A stretch of 64,000 nt of DNA from assembly GCA_019637335.1 (NCBI GenBank), contig JAHBVV010000006.1:6235-70234 (forward strand), in the 5' to 3' direction. This document shows, in pieces, positions 9,721 through 19,158 of this stretch (the first letter of the stretch is position 1; each line of letters begins with the position of its first letter). The notes under the pieces are model-generated. The model was given only the letters and a program-made list of their open reading frames with translations. It did not search any database and had not been told where the DNA came from. Source of the DNA: Candidatus Hydrogenedentota bacterium. Its GTDB lineage: Bacteria > Hydrogenedentota > Hydrogenedentia > Hydrogenedentales > JAEUWI01. A program made the position numbers and the translations under genes.

Positions 9721-10518
9721 CTACCCTTTCGTGGCGTCGGCGAGGGTCTTTACGAAGGCGCCGACTTTTTCGGCGGTTTCGGGCGCGTCGCCGAGCTGGC
9801 CGATCATGCGGACGATGGCGCTGCCGACGACGACGCCGCGGGCCATGCCGGCGACTTTTCGGGCCTGGTCGGGCGTGGAGATGCCGAAACCGACGGCGAC
9901 GGGGGTGTCGGTGTGGCGCTGGACGTTGGCGACGGCCTGCTCCAGGTCGGCGGCGAGATCGGCCTGTTCGCCGGTGACGCCGAGGCGGGAGACGTAGTAG
10001 ATGAATCCCGAGGACTGCTTCGCGATGAGCTGGATGCGGGCCTCGGTGCTCGTGGGCGAGAGGAGGAAGATGGTGCGCAGGTCGCTGGCGTCGAGGGCGG
10101 CCTTGTACTCGCCGGCCTCCTCGGGGGGCAAGTCTACACAGAGCACGCCATCCACCCCGGCGTCGGCGGCGTCCCGGGCAAAGGCCTCGATGCCATAGGC
10201 GAGGACGGGGTTGTAGTAGGTGAAGAGCATGATCGCGACCTGGGACTTCTCGCGAATGCGGCGAACCAGGGCGATGACATCGTGCAGGGTGACGTGGTTC
10301 TTAAGGGCGCGCAGGGCGGCCTCCTGGTTGACGGGGCCGTCGCCGATGGGGTCGGAGAAGGGCACGCCGAACTCAATGATGTCGGCGCCGGCGGCCTCGA
10401 TGGCGTACACGATGCGCTCCGTCTGATCGAGGGTGGGATCGCCCGCGGTAATGTAGGGAATGAACGCGGTCTTACCCGCGGCCTTAAGTTCCTCGAAGCG
10501 TTTGTCGATGCGGTTCAA
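9721..10518 (-). CDS. trpA: Tryptophan synthase alpha chain
   Basis: LNRIDKRFEELKAAGKTAFIPYITAGDPTLDQTERIVYAIEAAGADIIEFGVPFSDPIGDGPVNQ. I chose the TTG start at 10518, preceded by GGAGA, 3 nt after the trpB stop. The 325-aa track ORF overlaps trpB. Confidence 0.9.
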   Translation of the reverse strand: MNRIDKRFEELKAAGKTAFIPYITAGDPTLDQTERIVYAIEAAGADIIEFGVPFSDPIGDGPVNQEAALRALKNHVTLHDVIALVRRIREKSQVAIMLFTYYNPVLAYGIEAFARDAADAGVDGVLCVDLPPEEAGEYKAALDASDLRTIFLLSPTSTEARIQLIAKQSSGFIYYVSRLGVTGEQADLAADLEQAVANVQRHTDTPVAVGFGISTPDQARKVAGMARGVVVGSAIVRMIGQLGDAPETAEKVGAFVKTLADATKG

Positions 10519-10520
10519 CG

Positions 10521-11753
10521 CTAGATCTCCTCGTCGGGCATGATAAGGCGGGCGGCCTGCGTGACATCTTTGTCGCCGCGCCCGGACAGGTTGATAATCA
10601 CGATATGGTCTTTCGGCATGCCGGGGACGGCCTTGATGGCGTGGGCGATGGCGTGTGAGCTTTCGAGGGCGGGAATAATGCCCTCCAGCTTGCTGCACGC
10701 CTGGAAGGCGTCCAGGGCCTCCTCGTCGCTTGCGTGGGTATACTTCACGCGCCCGCTCTTGAAGAGGAAGGCGTGCTCCGGGCCAACGCTGGCGTAGTCC
10801 AGGCCCGCGGAGACGCTGTGGGTCGAACCGATTTGGCCGTCCTCATCCTGCAGGACATAACTGACGGCCCCGTGGAGCATGCCGAAGTGGCCGCCGTCGA
10901 AGCGCGCGGCGTGCTCGCCGGGCACGATGGCGCGCCCTCCGGCTTCGACGCCGATCATGGCGACGTTTTCATCGCCGATAAAGTCGTAGAAGAGCCCGAT
11001 GGCGTTGCTTCCGCCGCCGACGCAGGCGACGAGGGCGTCGGGGAGGCGTCCTTCCATCTCGAGGATCTGGCGGCGCGCTTCCCTGCCGATGACGCTCTGG
11101 AAGTCGCGGCAGATCATGGGGAAGGGGTGTGGGCCGTGGACAGTTCCCAGCACGTAATGGGTATCCCCCACGTTGGTTACCCAGTCGCGCATCGCTTCGT
11201 TGATGGCGTCCTTCAGGGTCTTGCTGCCAGACTTGACCGAGACGACTTCGCTGCCGAGCAGGCGCATGCGGAAGACGTTCAGCTTCTGGCGCTCGATGTC
11301 CTCGGCGCCCATGTAGACGATGCACTTCAGGCCCAGCAGGGCGCAGGCGGTGGCGGTGGCCACACCGTGCTGTCCGGCGCCGGTTTCGGCGATAATGCGG
11401 GATTTGCCCATCCGGCGCGCGAGGAGGCATTGCCCCAGGGCGTTGTTAATCTTGTGGGCTCCGGTGTGGGCCAGATCCTCGCGTTTAAAATAGATTTTCG
11501 CGCCGCCGAGTTGTTCCGTAAGGCGTTTGGCGTAGTAAAGCGGCGTTTCGCGGCCGATGAAGTGTTTGCGCAGATCTTCGAGCTCGGCGGTGAAGGCCGG
11601 GTCGTCTTTCGCGGCGTTGTAGGCCTGCTCCAGCTCGTCGAGCGCGTACATGAGCGTTTCGGGGACGAAGCGCCCGCCGAACTCCCCGTAACGGCCGCGG
11701 GCGTCAGGCCAGGGATGTTTTTGCGTTGTGGATGAATGCGCGAATTCGGTCAT
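10521..11753 (-). CDS. trpB: Tryptophan synthase beta chain
   Basis: [24 protein letters not shown] (PLP lysine) and GGGSNAIG motifs are present. The ATG at 11753 gives a typical N-terminus and overlaps the trpF 3' end by 50 nt. Confidence 0.92.
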   Translation of the reverse strand: MTEFAHSSTTQKHPWPDARGRYGEFGGRFVPETLMYALDELEQAYNAAKDDPAFTAELEDLRKHFIGRETPLYYAKRLTEQLGGAKIYFKREDLAHTGAHKINNALGQCLLARRMGKSRIIAETGAGQHGVATATACALLGLKCIVYMGAEDIERQKLNVFRMRLLGSEVVSVKSGSKTLKDAINEAMRDWVTNVGDTHYVLGTVHGPHPFPMICRDFQSVIGREARRQILEMEGRLPDALVACVGGGSNAIGLFYDFIGDENVAMIGVEAGGRAIVPGEHAARFDGGHFGMLHGAVSYVLQDEDGQIGSTHSVSAGLDYASVGPEHAFLFKSGRVKYTHASDEEALDAFQACSKLEGIIPALESSHAIAHAIKAVPGMPKDHIVIINLSGRGDKDVTQAARLIMPDEEI

Positions 11754-12324
11754 GATCTTTCTTTCCCGGGGCTGCTTCCACCCCGCCTGAAGTATCGACG
11801 GCATAGGGCCGCACGGCGCGCACGGCCTCGGCCACGTTATCGGGCGTCAGCCCGCCGGCCAGGATGATCGGCTTGCCCGTGCCCACGGCGAGCCGGGCGA
11901 ACTCCCAGTCGCCGGTTTCGCCCGTGCCGCCGCGGCCCTGGGCCGACCAGGCGTCGAGCAGGTAGGCCCGCGCGTCGTATTGCGTCATGTCGCTGAGCGA
12001 GAAGCCGGGCCCCGGGCGAAAGGCCTTAATGGTCACATGGGCCGGCGGGCACTCTTCCGGGGGCTCTTCCCCGTGCAGCTGCACGCAGTCAAAGTAGGTC
12101 AGCAGCCCGGCCAGCGCCATCATGGATTCGTTCACGGTCACCGCGACGGTCTTTACGAAGGGCGGCAACTGGGCGATGATCTCCAGTGCGGCGTCGCGTT
12201 CGATGTAGCGATTGCGTTTTTTCGCTTCCGGCGCGAGCACAAACCCGAGCGCGTCCGCGCCCGCGTCACAGGCGGCGAGGGCGTCGTCCAGGTTGGTGAT
12301 GCCGCAGATTTTAACCTTCACCAT
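11704..12324 (-). CDS. trpF: Phosphoribosylanthranilate isomerase
   Basis: [29 protein letters not shown]; 206 aa; sits between trpC and trpB. Confidence 0.9.
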   Translation of the reverse strand: MVKVKICGITNLDDALAACDAGADALGFVLAPEAKKRNRYIERDAALEIIAQLPPFVKTVAVTVNESMMALAGLLTYFDCVQLHGEEPPEECPPAHVTIKAFRPGPGFSLSDMTQYDARAYLLDAWSAQGRGGTGETGDWEFARLAVGTGKPIILAGGLTPDNVAEAVRAVRPYAVDTSGGVEAAPGKKDHDRIRAFIHNAKTSLA

Positions 12325-13093
12325 GACCGAGCAACTCCTGCATTTTCGCGCGGATGTCGTTGCTCGTCAGCAGGGATTCGCCCACCAGGATGGCGTCGAC
12401 GCCGCCATCTTCGAGTTGCTGCACCTGCGCGCGGGTGTAAATGCCGCTTTCGCTCACGAGAACATTGCCGCCCGGGACGAGCTTCTTCAGCTCGATACTG
12501 CGGTTGACGTTCACTTCGAGGGTGTCGAGGTCGCGGTTGTTGATACCGATAATATGCGCACCGGCTTCGAGCGCGCGCTCGATTTCGCCCGCCGTGTGGG
12601 TTTCGACAAGCACCTCCATTTCGAGGGAGCGGGCGAGCCTGTAGAAGGCCTTGATCTCCGCGTCGTCGAGGCATCGGACGATGAGCAGGATCGCGTCGGC
12701 TTCCGCGGCGCGCGCTTCATACACCTGGTACTCGTCGACGATGAATTCCTTGCGGAGGCAGGGCACGCGCACGTGGCGGTGTACATTGGTCAGGTCTTCG
12801 AGCTTCCCCTTGAAGAACTTGTCATCGGTGAGCACGGAAATGGCGCGGGCCCCGCACTGCTCGTACAGGGCGCCGATTTCCACGGCGTCGACACCGGGCA
12901 GGATATCGCCTTTCGAGGGGGACGCGCGCTTGATCTCCGCGATCAGGCTGATGCCCTCCTGGCGGAGGGCGGCGCGGAAATCGCGCGGCGGGCGGTTCAT
13001 CCCGATGCGCTCTTCAAGATCGCGCAGCGGGACGGCGGCTTTCCGCGCGGCGACTTCCAAGCGCTTGTTTTCCAGTATGGGATCAAGAATCAT
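12311..13093 (-). CDS. trpC: Indole-3-glycerol phosphate synthase
   Basis: LIAEIKRASPSKG, CLRKEFIVDEYQVYEARAAEADAILLI and IIGINNRDL motifs are present. It overlaps trpD by 11 nt and trpF by 14 nt. Confidence 0.92.
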   Translation of the reverse strand: MILDPILENKRLEVAARKAAVPLRDLEERIGMNRPPRDFRAALRQEGISLIAEIKRASPSKGDILPGVDAVEIGALYEQCGARAISVLTDDKFFKGKLEDLTNVHRHVRVPCLRKEFIVDEYQVYEARAAEADAILLIVRCLDDAEIKAFYRLARSLEMEVLVETHTAGEIERALEAGAHIIGINNRDLDTLEVNVNRSIELKKLVPGGNVLVSESGIYTRAQVQQLEDGGVDAILVGESLLTSNDIRAKMQELLGHGEG

Positions 13094-14096
13094 GGGATTT
13101 GCGAATCAATTCTTCCAGTTTATTCAGGGCGACCCCGGAATCGATGGCCGCCTGCGCGCACTGAACGCCTTCTTCCAGGGTGGCCGCGGCGCCTCCCGCC
13201 ACCAGGGCGGGCGCGGCGTTCAGCACGACGATATCGCGCCGGGGGCCGCGTTCGCCCGCCAGGATATCGCGCAAAATGGCCGCGTTTGTGGCGGCGTCAC
13301 CGCCCTTGAGCGATTCCGGCGGCGCGGCGGCAAGGCCCAATTGCTCGGGGGTTACTTCGTAGGTCTTCACGCCCTCGAACGTGCCTTCCGCCACGAGGCT
13401 GGGGCCCGTGAGGGTCAACTCATCGAGCCCATCGGCGCCGGCCACCACGAAGACATGGCGGCTGCCGAGATTGATCAGCACTTCCGCGAGAAATGGGATC
13501 AGCGACTGGTCGTAGGCCCCCATGACCTGTCCGTCCGCGCGGGCGGGATTGGTCAGCGGACCGAGCACGTTGAAAACGGTGCGCAGCTTCAGGTCGGCGC
13601 GAATCGGGCCAACGTGGCGCATGGCGGTGTGCAGCGCCCGCGCAAAGAGGAATCCGATACCGATCGTATCAATCGACTCCGCCACTTTGTCCGGGGCAAT
13701 CTCGATGTTGACCCCCAGGCTCTCCAGCACATCGGCGCTGCCGCAGAGGCTGCTGGCGCTCCGGTTGCCGTGCTTGGCGACGGCGACCCCGGCGCCAGCC
13801 ACAACAAAGGCGGCTGCGGTGGAGATATTGAAAGTCCCCGCGTGGTCGCCGCCCGTGCCGCAGGTGTCCACGAGCGGGCGCGCGGTCGCCGGGATAGGCG
13901 TGGCGAGCTCGCGCATGACCTCGGCCATGCCCGTGATCTCCTCGACCGACTCCCCCTTCATGGACAGGGCCGTGAGAAACGCGCCAACCAGGCTCGGGGG
14001 GGCTTCGCCGCCCATCAGCTCCCGCATCACGGCGGCGGCGTCTTCCCGGCTGAGGTTTTCACGGCGCACGACACGCGCGAGTGCTTCTTGAATCAT
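13083..14096 (-). CDS. trpD: Anthranilate phosphoribosyltransferase
   Basis: VDTCGTGGDHAGTFNISTAAAFVVAGAGVAVAKHGNRSASS and the overall 337-aa architecture. Confidence 0.92.
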   Translation of the reverse strand: MIQEALARVVRRENLSREDAAAVMRELMGGEAPPSLVGAFLTALSMKGESVEEITGMAEVMRELATPIPATARPLVDTCGTGGDHAGTFNISTAAAFVVAGAGVAVAKHGNRSASSLCGSADVLESLGVNIEIAPDKVAESIDTIGIGFLFARALHTAMRHVGPIRADLKLRTVFNVLGPLTNPARADGQVMGAYDQSLIPFLAEVLINLGSRHVFVVAGADGLDELTLTGPSLVAEGTFEGVKTYEVTPEQLGLAAAPPESLKGGDAATNAAILRDILAGERGPRRDIVVLNAAPALVAGGAAATLEEGVQCAQAAIDSGVALNKLEELIRKSHDS

Positions 14097-14146
14097 CTGG
14101 TAATTCCTCTATGGATGCCCTGCGCTCACCGCGAAAGCGGGCCGTG

Positions 14147-14176
14147 ACTCTAGCAGTCTGGCGCGCATAAAATCAA
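14147..14176 (-). promoter_or_regulatory. Candidate sigma70-type promoter for trpDCFBA
   Basis: The minus strand reads TTGATT (14176-14171), an 18-nt spacer, then TAGAGT (14152-14147), about 50 nt upstream of the trpD ATG. No leader peptide or Trp codon pair is seen. Confidence 0.3.
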
Positions 14177-14189
14177 GAAAAGTGCCTAC

Positions 14190-15296
14190 TTAGCGCGATC
14201 CGGGCGGGTTCGGAGACTGGCGGTTTCGGAGGGCCGCCAGGACGACATGGATAATGCCGGGGTCGACTTCACGGCCGAGTACGGACCGGATCAGGCGCGG
14301 ATCCACGGTCTCCGCCTGTCCCGCGGCCATGGAAACCCGGAGGTAATCGGGCTTGCTGATCCATGGGAAGGGATGCGGGCGCCGGGTATGGGCAATGTAG
14401 GCCGCCAGGGCCTCGCAGGCCCAGGCTTCCGGGCGGGACGCCGCCCCGGCGACCTCGGCGAGGGTCTTCCCCGCGTCAAAAAGCGGGAAGACCGCGCGCA
14501 ACTCTTCGGAAATCGCCGAGGTTTGCGGCGGCACGGGCGCGGATCGAGTGGGCGCCGCGGGCGGTTCAGGCGCCGTGGTTTCGTGCACATGCGGAGTGGC
14601 GACGGTCGGGCCGGAGGGGGCGGCGGGCGTCTCCGGGGCCGGCTTCCGTGGTGATTCGGGGAGCGCCGGGGGCGGCGGGGCCCATCGTGCGGGCGGTTCC
14701 GGGGCTGGCTCGGAATCGGGCTGCGGCGCCGCGTTCTCCTCCAGTCTGAGGCCCAGCGCCGAAACCAGGTCGCGGCGCTCTTCGGGCGTGAGAGGCATAT
14801 CGGCAAGCGCGAGTACGGGCGTGTCCGGAAAGAGGGCTCGCAACGCCCGCAGGGATTCGTAGGGGGCATGGTAGGCGGCATTGTCGGGGAGCAGGCGCTG
14901 GGCGGCGCCAACCGCGACGAAGGCCAGCGATTGCGCGCGCACGAACTGGATAAAACGCGGCTGAGACAGCCGATCCGGCGTGACGGCGATTAATTGCAAC
15001 GTCTTCTGCTTCAGGGCGACGCCCAGCTCGCGCCGCGCGGCTTCGGACATGTCCGGCGGGACGAGGATAGTGGGGATACGGCCATCATCCCGGACGCGCA
15101 GCGCCAGCGGGCCGGCCAAATCCGCCGCGATAAACAGCCCAATCCGCTCAGCGCCGCCGCCGAGGAGATCGCGCAGGAGCGCGGCTTGTGCGGCGGCATC
15201 ACTATCCTCAAATAAGGCGTCCCGGCCCGCCTCCACCGCGGCCCGGAGGCGTTCCCGCGCCAGAAGCAGGGCGGCGGGTGTCGGTGCGGAGTTCAC
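14190..15296 (-). CDS. RecQ-like single-lobe pseudo-helicase with Pro-rich linker and C-terminal HTH_40-like domain
   Basis: The GTG at 15296 overlaps the mgtE TGA (GTGA). The sequence is colinear with RecQ lobe 1, but the catalytic motifs are replaced: Walker A PTGGGKS becomes AADLAGP, and DEAH becomes GAAQ. LIAVTPDRL and FPDTPVLALADMP are retained. The C-terminus (FDAGKTLAEVAGAASRPEAWACEALAAYI...IRSVLG) resembles the RecQ-associated HTH. Confidence 0.6.
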   Translation of the reverse strand: MNSAPTPAALLLARERLRAAVEAGRDALFEDSDAAAQAALLRDLLGGGAERIGLFIAADLAGPLALRVRDDGRIPTILVPPDMSEAARRELGVALKQKTLQLIAVTPDRLSQPRFIQFVRAQSLAFVAVGAAQRLLPDNAAYHAPYESLRALRALFPDTPVLALADMPLTPEERRDLVSALGLRLEENAAPQPDSEPAPEPPARWAPPPPALPESPRKPAPETPAAPSGPTVATPHVHETTAPEPPAAPTRSAPVPPQTSAISEELRAVFPLFDAGKTLAEVAGAASRPEAWACEALAAYIAHTRRPHPFPWISKPDYLRVSMAAGQAETVDPRLIRSVLGREVDPGIIHVVLAALRNRQSPNPPGSR

Positions 15297-16690
15297 GGCA
15301 GTGCGGTCCCGACGAAGCCGCCGCGAATCGCGAGCGTGGCGAGGGTAAGCAGGATGAAGAAGCCGCACATGTCCGTGAGCGTGGTGAGAATCGGCGGGGC
15401 GCCCAGCGCGGGGTCGAGCTTGAGGCGCCGGAGCGCGAGCGGGACGATGCCGCCGAGGCACACCGCGTTGACGGTATTTATCAGAAAGGCCAGGCCAATA
15501 AGGAGAGCGACGATGGGCGCCTGATAGCCGCGTACGTAGTCCATGCCCAGGGCGACACAGGTTATCGCCAGGGCAAGCACGGCGCCATTGACGAGGCCCA
15601 CCTGTAGCTCCTTACCGATGACGCGCCAGCCGTCCTCGGGCTTGATGAGCCCCAGGGCCAGCTCGCGTATGCTGACGGCCACGGCCTGGTTGCCGCTGCA
15701 CCCGCAAAGATTGCCGATGATCGGAATGAAGAACAGAATGGCTGGCAGCCCCAGGATGGTCGCCTCGAAAAACGGCAGCGTCGTGGCGGCAAGCATGCTC
15801 AACGGTAGATTCACCCCGACCCACACCAGGCGCCGGGACACCCGCTCGCGCGCGGGCATGCTGCGGAGCTCCTCGCCGCCGATGATGCCGCCGAATCGGA
15901 GCAAGTTCCGCTCGTGCCCCTCCCCCACCGCCTCTTCGACGTGCGCCCGCCGGACCACGCCCACCATGCGCTGGCTCTCGTCGGTCACGGGGACGCTATA
16001 GAAGGGGTAACGGTCGAAAAACTGAACAACCTCCTCCAGCGCGGTATCGGCCAGCACGTAGAGCGGATTCCCTATCATGATGTCCCGGAGGCGCTTTTCG
16101 CCCGCCGAAAGCACAAGATCCCGCAGCCGCACGACCCCGATCAGGGTCCCGCGCTCACTTTCAACGTAAACATATTGAACGCCATAGTCGCTGTAGGTTT
16201 CCGCATTGGCGCGGAGATCCTCCAGCACCTTCCAGACCGGGGTGTCCGCGCGGTAGAGCACGAACTCGGTGACCATGATGCCGCCGGCGGCCTCTTCGTC
16301 GTAACGGAGCAGGCTCCGCGCGTCGAGCGCCTCCTCCGGGTCCATGGCCTGAAGGATGGCCTCGGCGTCCTCCTCGTCCATCTCCCCGAGAATGTCGGCG
16401 CGGTGCTGGCTTTCGAGTTCATCGACAATTGCCGCCGCCACCGCGGCCTCCAGCACTTCGATCAGGTCGGAACCCTGGGTATCGGAAAGGCCCTCGATCA
16501 GGTCGGCGGAGGCTTCGGGTCCTAGCAGCACAAACAGATCGGTGCGCGTCTGCTCGGGCAATCGGGAAAGCGCGCGCGCGATTTCACCGGGCGACAGGGT
16601 GTCCAGATATTCGTGCAGGGATTCGCGGTTGGCGTCCTGGACCAGTTCCGCGATCCGTATCCAGCTGTCAACGATTTCGGTCTCGGACAT
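15293..16690 (-). CDS. mgtE: Magnesium transporter MgtE
   Basis: MgtE N-domain, a CBS pair (GVVRLRDLV..., VPVTDESQRMVGVVRR) and a 5-TM C-terminal domain with the PIIGNLCGCSGNQA motif. Confidence 0.9.
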   Translation of the reverse strand: MSETEIVDSWIRIAELVQDANRESLHEYLDTLSPGEIARALSRLPEQTRTDLFVLLGPEASADLIEGLSDTQGSDLIEVLEAAVAAAIVDELESQHRADILGEMDEEDAEAILQAMDPEEALDARSLLRYDEEAAGGIMVTEFVLYRADTPVWKVLEDLRANAETYSDYGVQYVYVESERGTLIGVVRLRDLVLSAGEKRLRDIMIGNPLYVLADTALEEVVQFFDRYPFYSVPVTDESQRMVGVVRRAHVEEAVGEGHERNLLRFGGIIGGEELRSMPARERVSRRLVWVGVNLPLSMLAATTLPFFEATILGLPAILFFIPIIGNLCGCSGNQAVAVSIRELALGLIKPEDGWRVIGKELQVGLVNGAVLALAITCVALGMDYVRGYQAPIVALLIGLAFLINTVNAVCLGGIVPLALRRLKLDPALGAPPILTTLTDMCGFFILLTLATLAIRGGFVGTALP

Positions 16691-16827
16691 GGTTACGGTG
16701 CTCCTGATTCCGGGGGATTGATGTGATTTGGACGGAGGTTGCGCCGGGCGGCGTCACATGCATTCTAACAAACGGGCGGGGCCGAGGCGAACGCGGCGCC
16801 CGGACGATTCAAACGACATTTTTGTCC

Positions 16828-16856
16828 TTGATCCGGCCCTGACCGTTTGCTATACT
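16828..16856 (+). promoter_or_regulatory. Candidate sigma70 promoter of rpsT
   Basis: TTGATC (16828-16833), a 17-nt spacer, then TATACT (16851-16856), about 55 nt upstream of the rpsT ATG. Confidence 0.5.
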
Positions 16857-16909
16857 TCCGGCTCTGTGCATTTTGCAAGCCAACAAATTCAGCGAGAGTC
16901 TTTACCCCA

Positions 16910-17176
16910 ATGGCCAATATCAAGTCCCAGAAGAAACGAATTCTCACGAACGAAAAGGCCCGCCAGCGAAACATGGCGGTGCGCTCGCGGATGCGCACGA
17001 TGATCAAGGGCGCGCTCACCGCGATCGAATCCCAGGACGCGGAAAAGATCAAGGCGGCGGTGCCGGCCGCGCTTTCGGCAATCGACCGCGCCGCGGCGAA
17101 GGGCGTTATCCACCGTAACAGCGCCGCCCGCAAGAAGTCGTCCATCCAGCACCGCGTAGCAACGGCGTCTTCCTGA
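16910..17176 (+). CDS. rpsT: 30S ribosomal protein S20
   Basis: MANIKSQKKRILTNEKARQRNMAVRSRMRT...AAAKGVIHRNSAARKKS. The internal ATG of the 109-aa track ORF gives the canonical 88-aa protein. Confidence 0.92.
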   Translation: MANIKSQKKRILTNEKARQRNMAVRSRMRTMIKGALTAIESQDAEKIKAAVPAALSAIDRAAAKGVIHRNSAARKKSSIQHRVATASS

Positions 17177-17200
17177 CCCGTTCCCACAAGTTTACTCCGC

Positions 17201-17236
17201 GCAGCCGCCAGCACCTCACTGGCGGCTGCGTTTTCG
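17201..17236 (+). terminator. Rho-independent terminator between convergent genes
   Basis: An 11-bp perfect stem, GCAGCCGCCAG (17201-17211) / CTGGCGGCTGC (17219-17229), has a 7-nt loop and is followed by GTTTTCGCATT. Confidence 0.7.
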
Positions 17237-17239
17237 CAT

Positions 17240-19117
17240 TTACTCGCGGCGCAACCCCTTAATGAGCTCCAGCAGCCGCCCCTCGGTCTGGTAGTAGCGC
17301 AGCGCGCCTTTCTTGTCGATCAGGACCAACTGCGGTATGAAGACGATGCCGTACGTGGAAAAAGTCGTCTGCTCGTCTGAATCCCGGAGCACGGGATAGG
17401 GAATATTGAAGTAGTCGATGTACTCTTCGATTTCCTCGGCGCTGCTGATGGCGTCGTGAACGCTGATGAAGGCGACATCCTCAACGCCCTTCAGAAGTTC
17501 GTGGAGGACGTGGAGCTCGCGCAGCATGATCGGCCCGATCGACTCGTCGAAACCGGCCCAGAACAGCAATACGACGACCTTCCCCTTCAGATCCGCCAGG
17601 CTGACCGCATCGCCGCGGATCCATTTGTCGCCGGACAGCGCCGGCGCGGGCTGATCAAGCAGGCCCGCGAGGTTGTTGGCCCCGGGCGCGGGCGGACGCC
17701 TTTCCAGATCGGGCGTGAATTGGCTGAGCTTCACGGAGGCGGGCTTGGGGTTCTTGATCTTGACGGAGAAATCCGCGCGCTGGAAACGGAGCGGGTGTTC
17801 GGCGCGAAAGTTCAGCTCCTCCACGGGGGGCATAAACGTGAGCGGCAATTCAAAGTCGCCTTTGGCGTCCGTCAAGATGCTGAAGGGAACGGGCACATCC
17901 GTGATAATACTCAGGGGAACCGGCAGGTTCAGCGCGGTGACCAGGGTCACCCCGGGCTCCCGGCCATCGGAATCGCGCACCGTCCCCGTAATTACCGGGA
18001 GCCGTTCAAGCACCACGGGGGTGAGATCGATCTTGCGCAGGTCCCCCGGGTCGACGCCAATGGGCCCGAAGTTCGGCGTCATGTAGCCTGGCGGGGGCTG
18101 TATCGTGATGGCGCCCTTTCCTCCCGGAACGCGAAGCCGGAACACGCCGTCGGAGCCGGTCACGGCATTCTCGTAGATCGTGCTTCCCAGCCGGTACTGA
18201 ACCCCGGCGCCCGGGCAGGGGCTTTTGTCGGGCAACAGCACCTTCCCGGTGACGAAGCGCGGCTCCAGCATTTCGAGGGAAGTCGGTTCCGAATCCTCCA
18301 GGGAACGCACCACGAGCGCGGCGGGCGGCGGCGAGGCGTATTCGGGGTGTTGCGCGGCGACCTGATACTCGCCCGGCGCGATGCGCGCGCTGTAGAACCC
18401 CTCGCGATCGGTCAAGACTTCCGCAAACTCCTTCTGGCCACGGGGGCCCACCTTAAAGATGGATACGCGGGCGTTTTCGACCCCCCTGCCGCCGATGGTG
18501 ACACGGCCATTCGCCCGCCCGCCGCGCTCCATGACGATATTGCGCTGCTCGTCGTCCACGGGCAGGTAGCGAATGGACGAATCCGCGTAATCCGGGTGCT
18601 GTAGCGCAAGCTGGATGAATCCGTCCGGGGGAAGGTTGGGGATGACAAGAATGCCCGCGTCGGTGCTGCGAATGGTGGGGAAGCCGTGGGGCTCCAGGTC
18701 GTCCACCGACACCAGGGTCCGGCGCTCGATCAACATGGAGCGCACTTTCACCCCCGCCACCGGGGCCGAATCGATATTGATCACCTTCAGCGAGATAATG
18801 TCCGCGGGGCGAAGAACAATGGTAATGTCCTGATCGCGGTGAAACGGCGCGGCGCTCCCCCCCAGCGCATACCCGTCCTTGTAGGCGACAACCTCCGTAA
18901 GCGCCACCTCCAGGCCGGCGGCTTTAAAGCGCCCGTCGGAGCCGGTCGTGGACTTGTTCACCTGGCGGTTCTGTGTCACCCAGACGGCGGCCCCGGCGAT
19001 GGGCGCGCCGGCCTCGTCGCGGACGGTTCCAGTGAGGGTGGCGGCGGACGCCGCGCCGGCGGCGCCCCAGAGGAGCGCCAGGGCGAGCAGCAGGCATTTC
19101 GGGGAAACTCTAATCAT
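17240..19117 (-). CDS. Secreted multi-CarboxypepD_reg-domain protein with C-terminal thioredoxin-like (TlpA/redoxin) domain lacking CXXC
   Basis: The ATG at 19117 gives the signal peptide MIRVSPKCLLLALALLWGAAGAASA. Repeated GTVRDEAGAPIAGAAVWV-type beta-sandwich modules follow. The C-terminus KGKVVVLLFWAGFDESIGPIML...IPYPVLRD...PQLVLIDKKG is colinear with TlpA, but WCxxC is replaced by GFDESI. Confidence 0.75.
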   Translation of the reverse strand: MIRVSPKCLLLALALLWGAAGAASAATLTGTVRDEAGAPIAGAAVWVTQNRQVNKSTTGSDGRFKAAGLEVALTEVVAYKDGYALGGSAAPFHRDQDITIVLRPADIISLKVINIDSAPVAGVKVRSMLIERRTLVSVDDLEPHGFPTIRSTDAGILVIPNLPPDGFIQLALQHPDYADSSIRYLPVDDEQRNIVMERGGRANGRVTIGGRGVENARVSIFKVGPRGQKEFAEVLTDREGFYSARIAPGEYQVAAQHPEYASPPPAALVVRSLEDSEPTSLEMLEPRFVTGKVLLPDKSPCPGAGVQYRLGSTIYENAVTGSDGVFRLRVPGGKGAITIQPPPGYMTPNFGPIGVDPGDLRKIDLTPVVLERLPVITGTVRDSDGREPGVTLVTALNLPVPLSIITDVPVPFSILTDAKGDFELPLTFMPPVEELNFRAEHPLRFQRADFSVKIKNPKPASVKLSQFTPDLERRPPAPGANNLAGLLDQPAPALSGDKWIRGDAVSLADLKGKVVVLLFWAGFDESIGPIMLRELHVLHELLKGVEDVAFISVHDAISSAEEIEEYIDYFNIPYPVLRDSDEQTTFSTYGIVFIPQLVLIDKKGALRYYQTEGRLLELIKGLRRE

Positions 19118-19158
19118 GGGAATCGGGTCCAGGCTTTGCCGGCCACGGGTGTGGCGGC

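Noticed and set aside
14097-14189. Possible trp attenuator or leader peptide upstream of trpD
   Set aside because: The region is only 93 nt, with no small ORF carrying tandem Trp codons and no terminator/antiterminator pair. Only a weak promoter-like element is present.
16691-16827. Possible Mg2+ (M-box) riboswitch upstream of mgtE
   Set aside because: The leader available before the divergent rpsT promoter is too short, and I could not recognise M-box conserved helices. This cannot be excluded without a covariance-model scan (Rfam RF00380).
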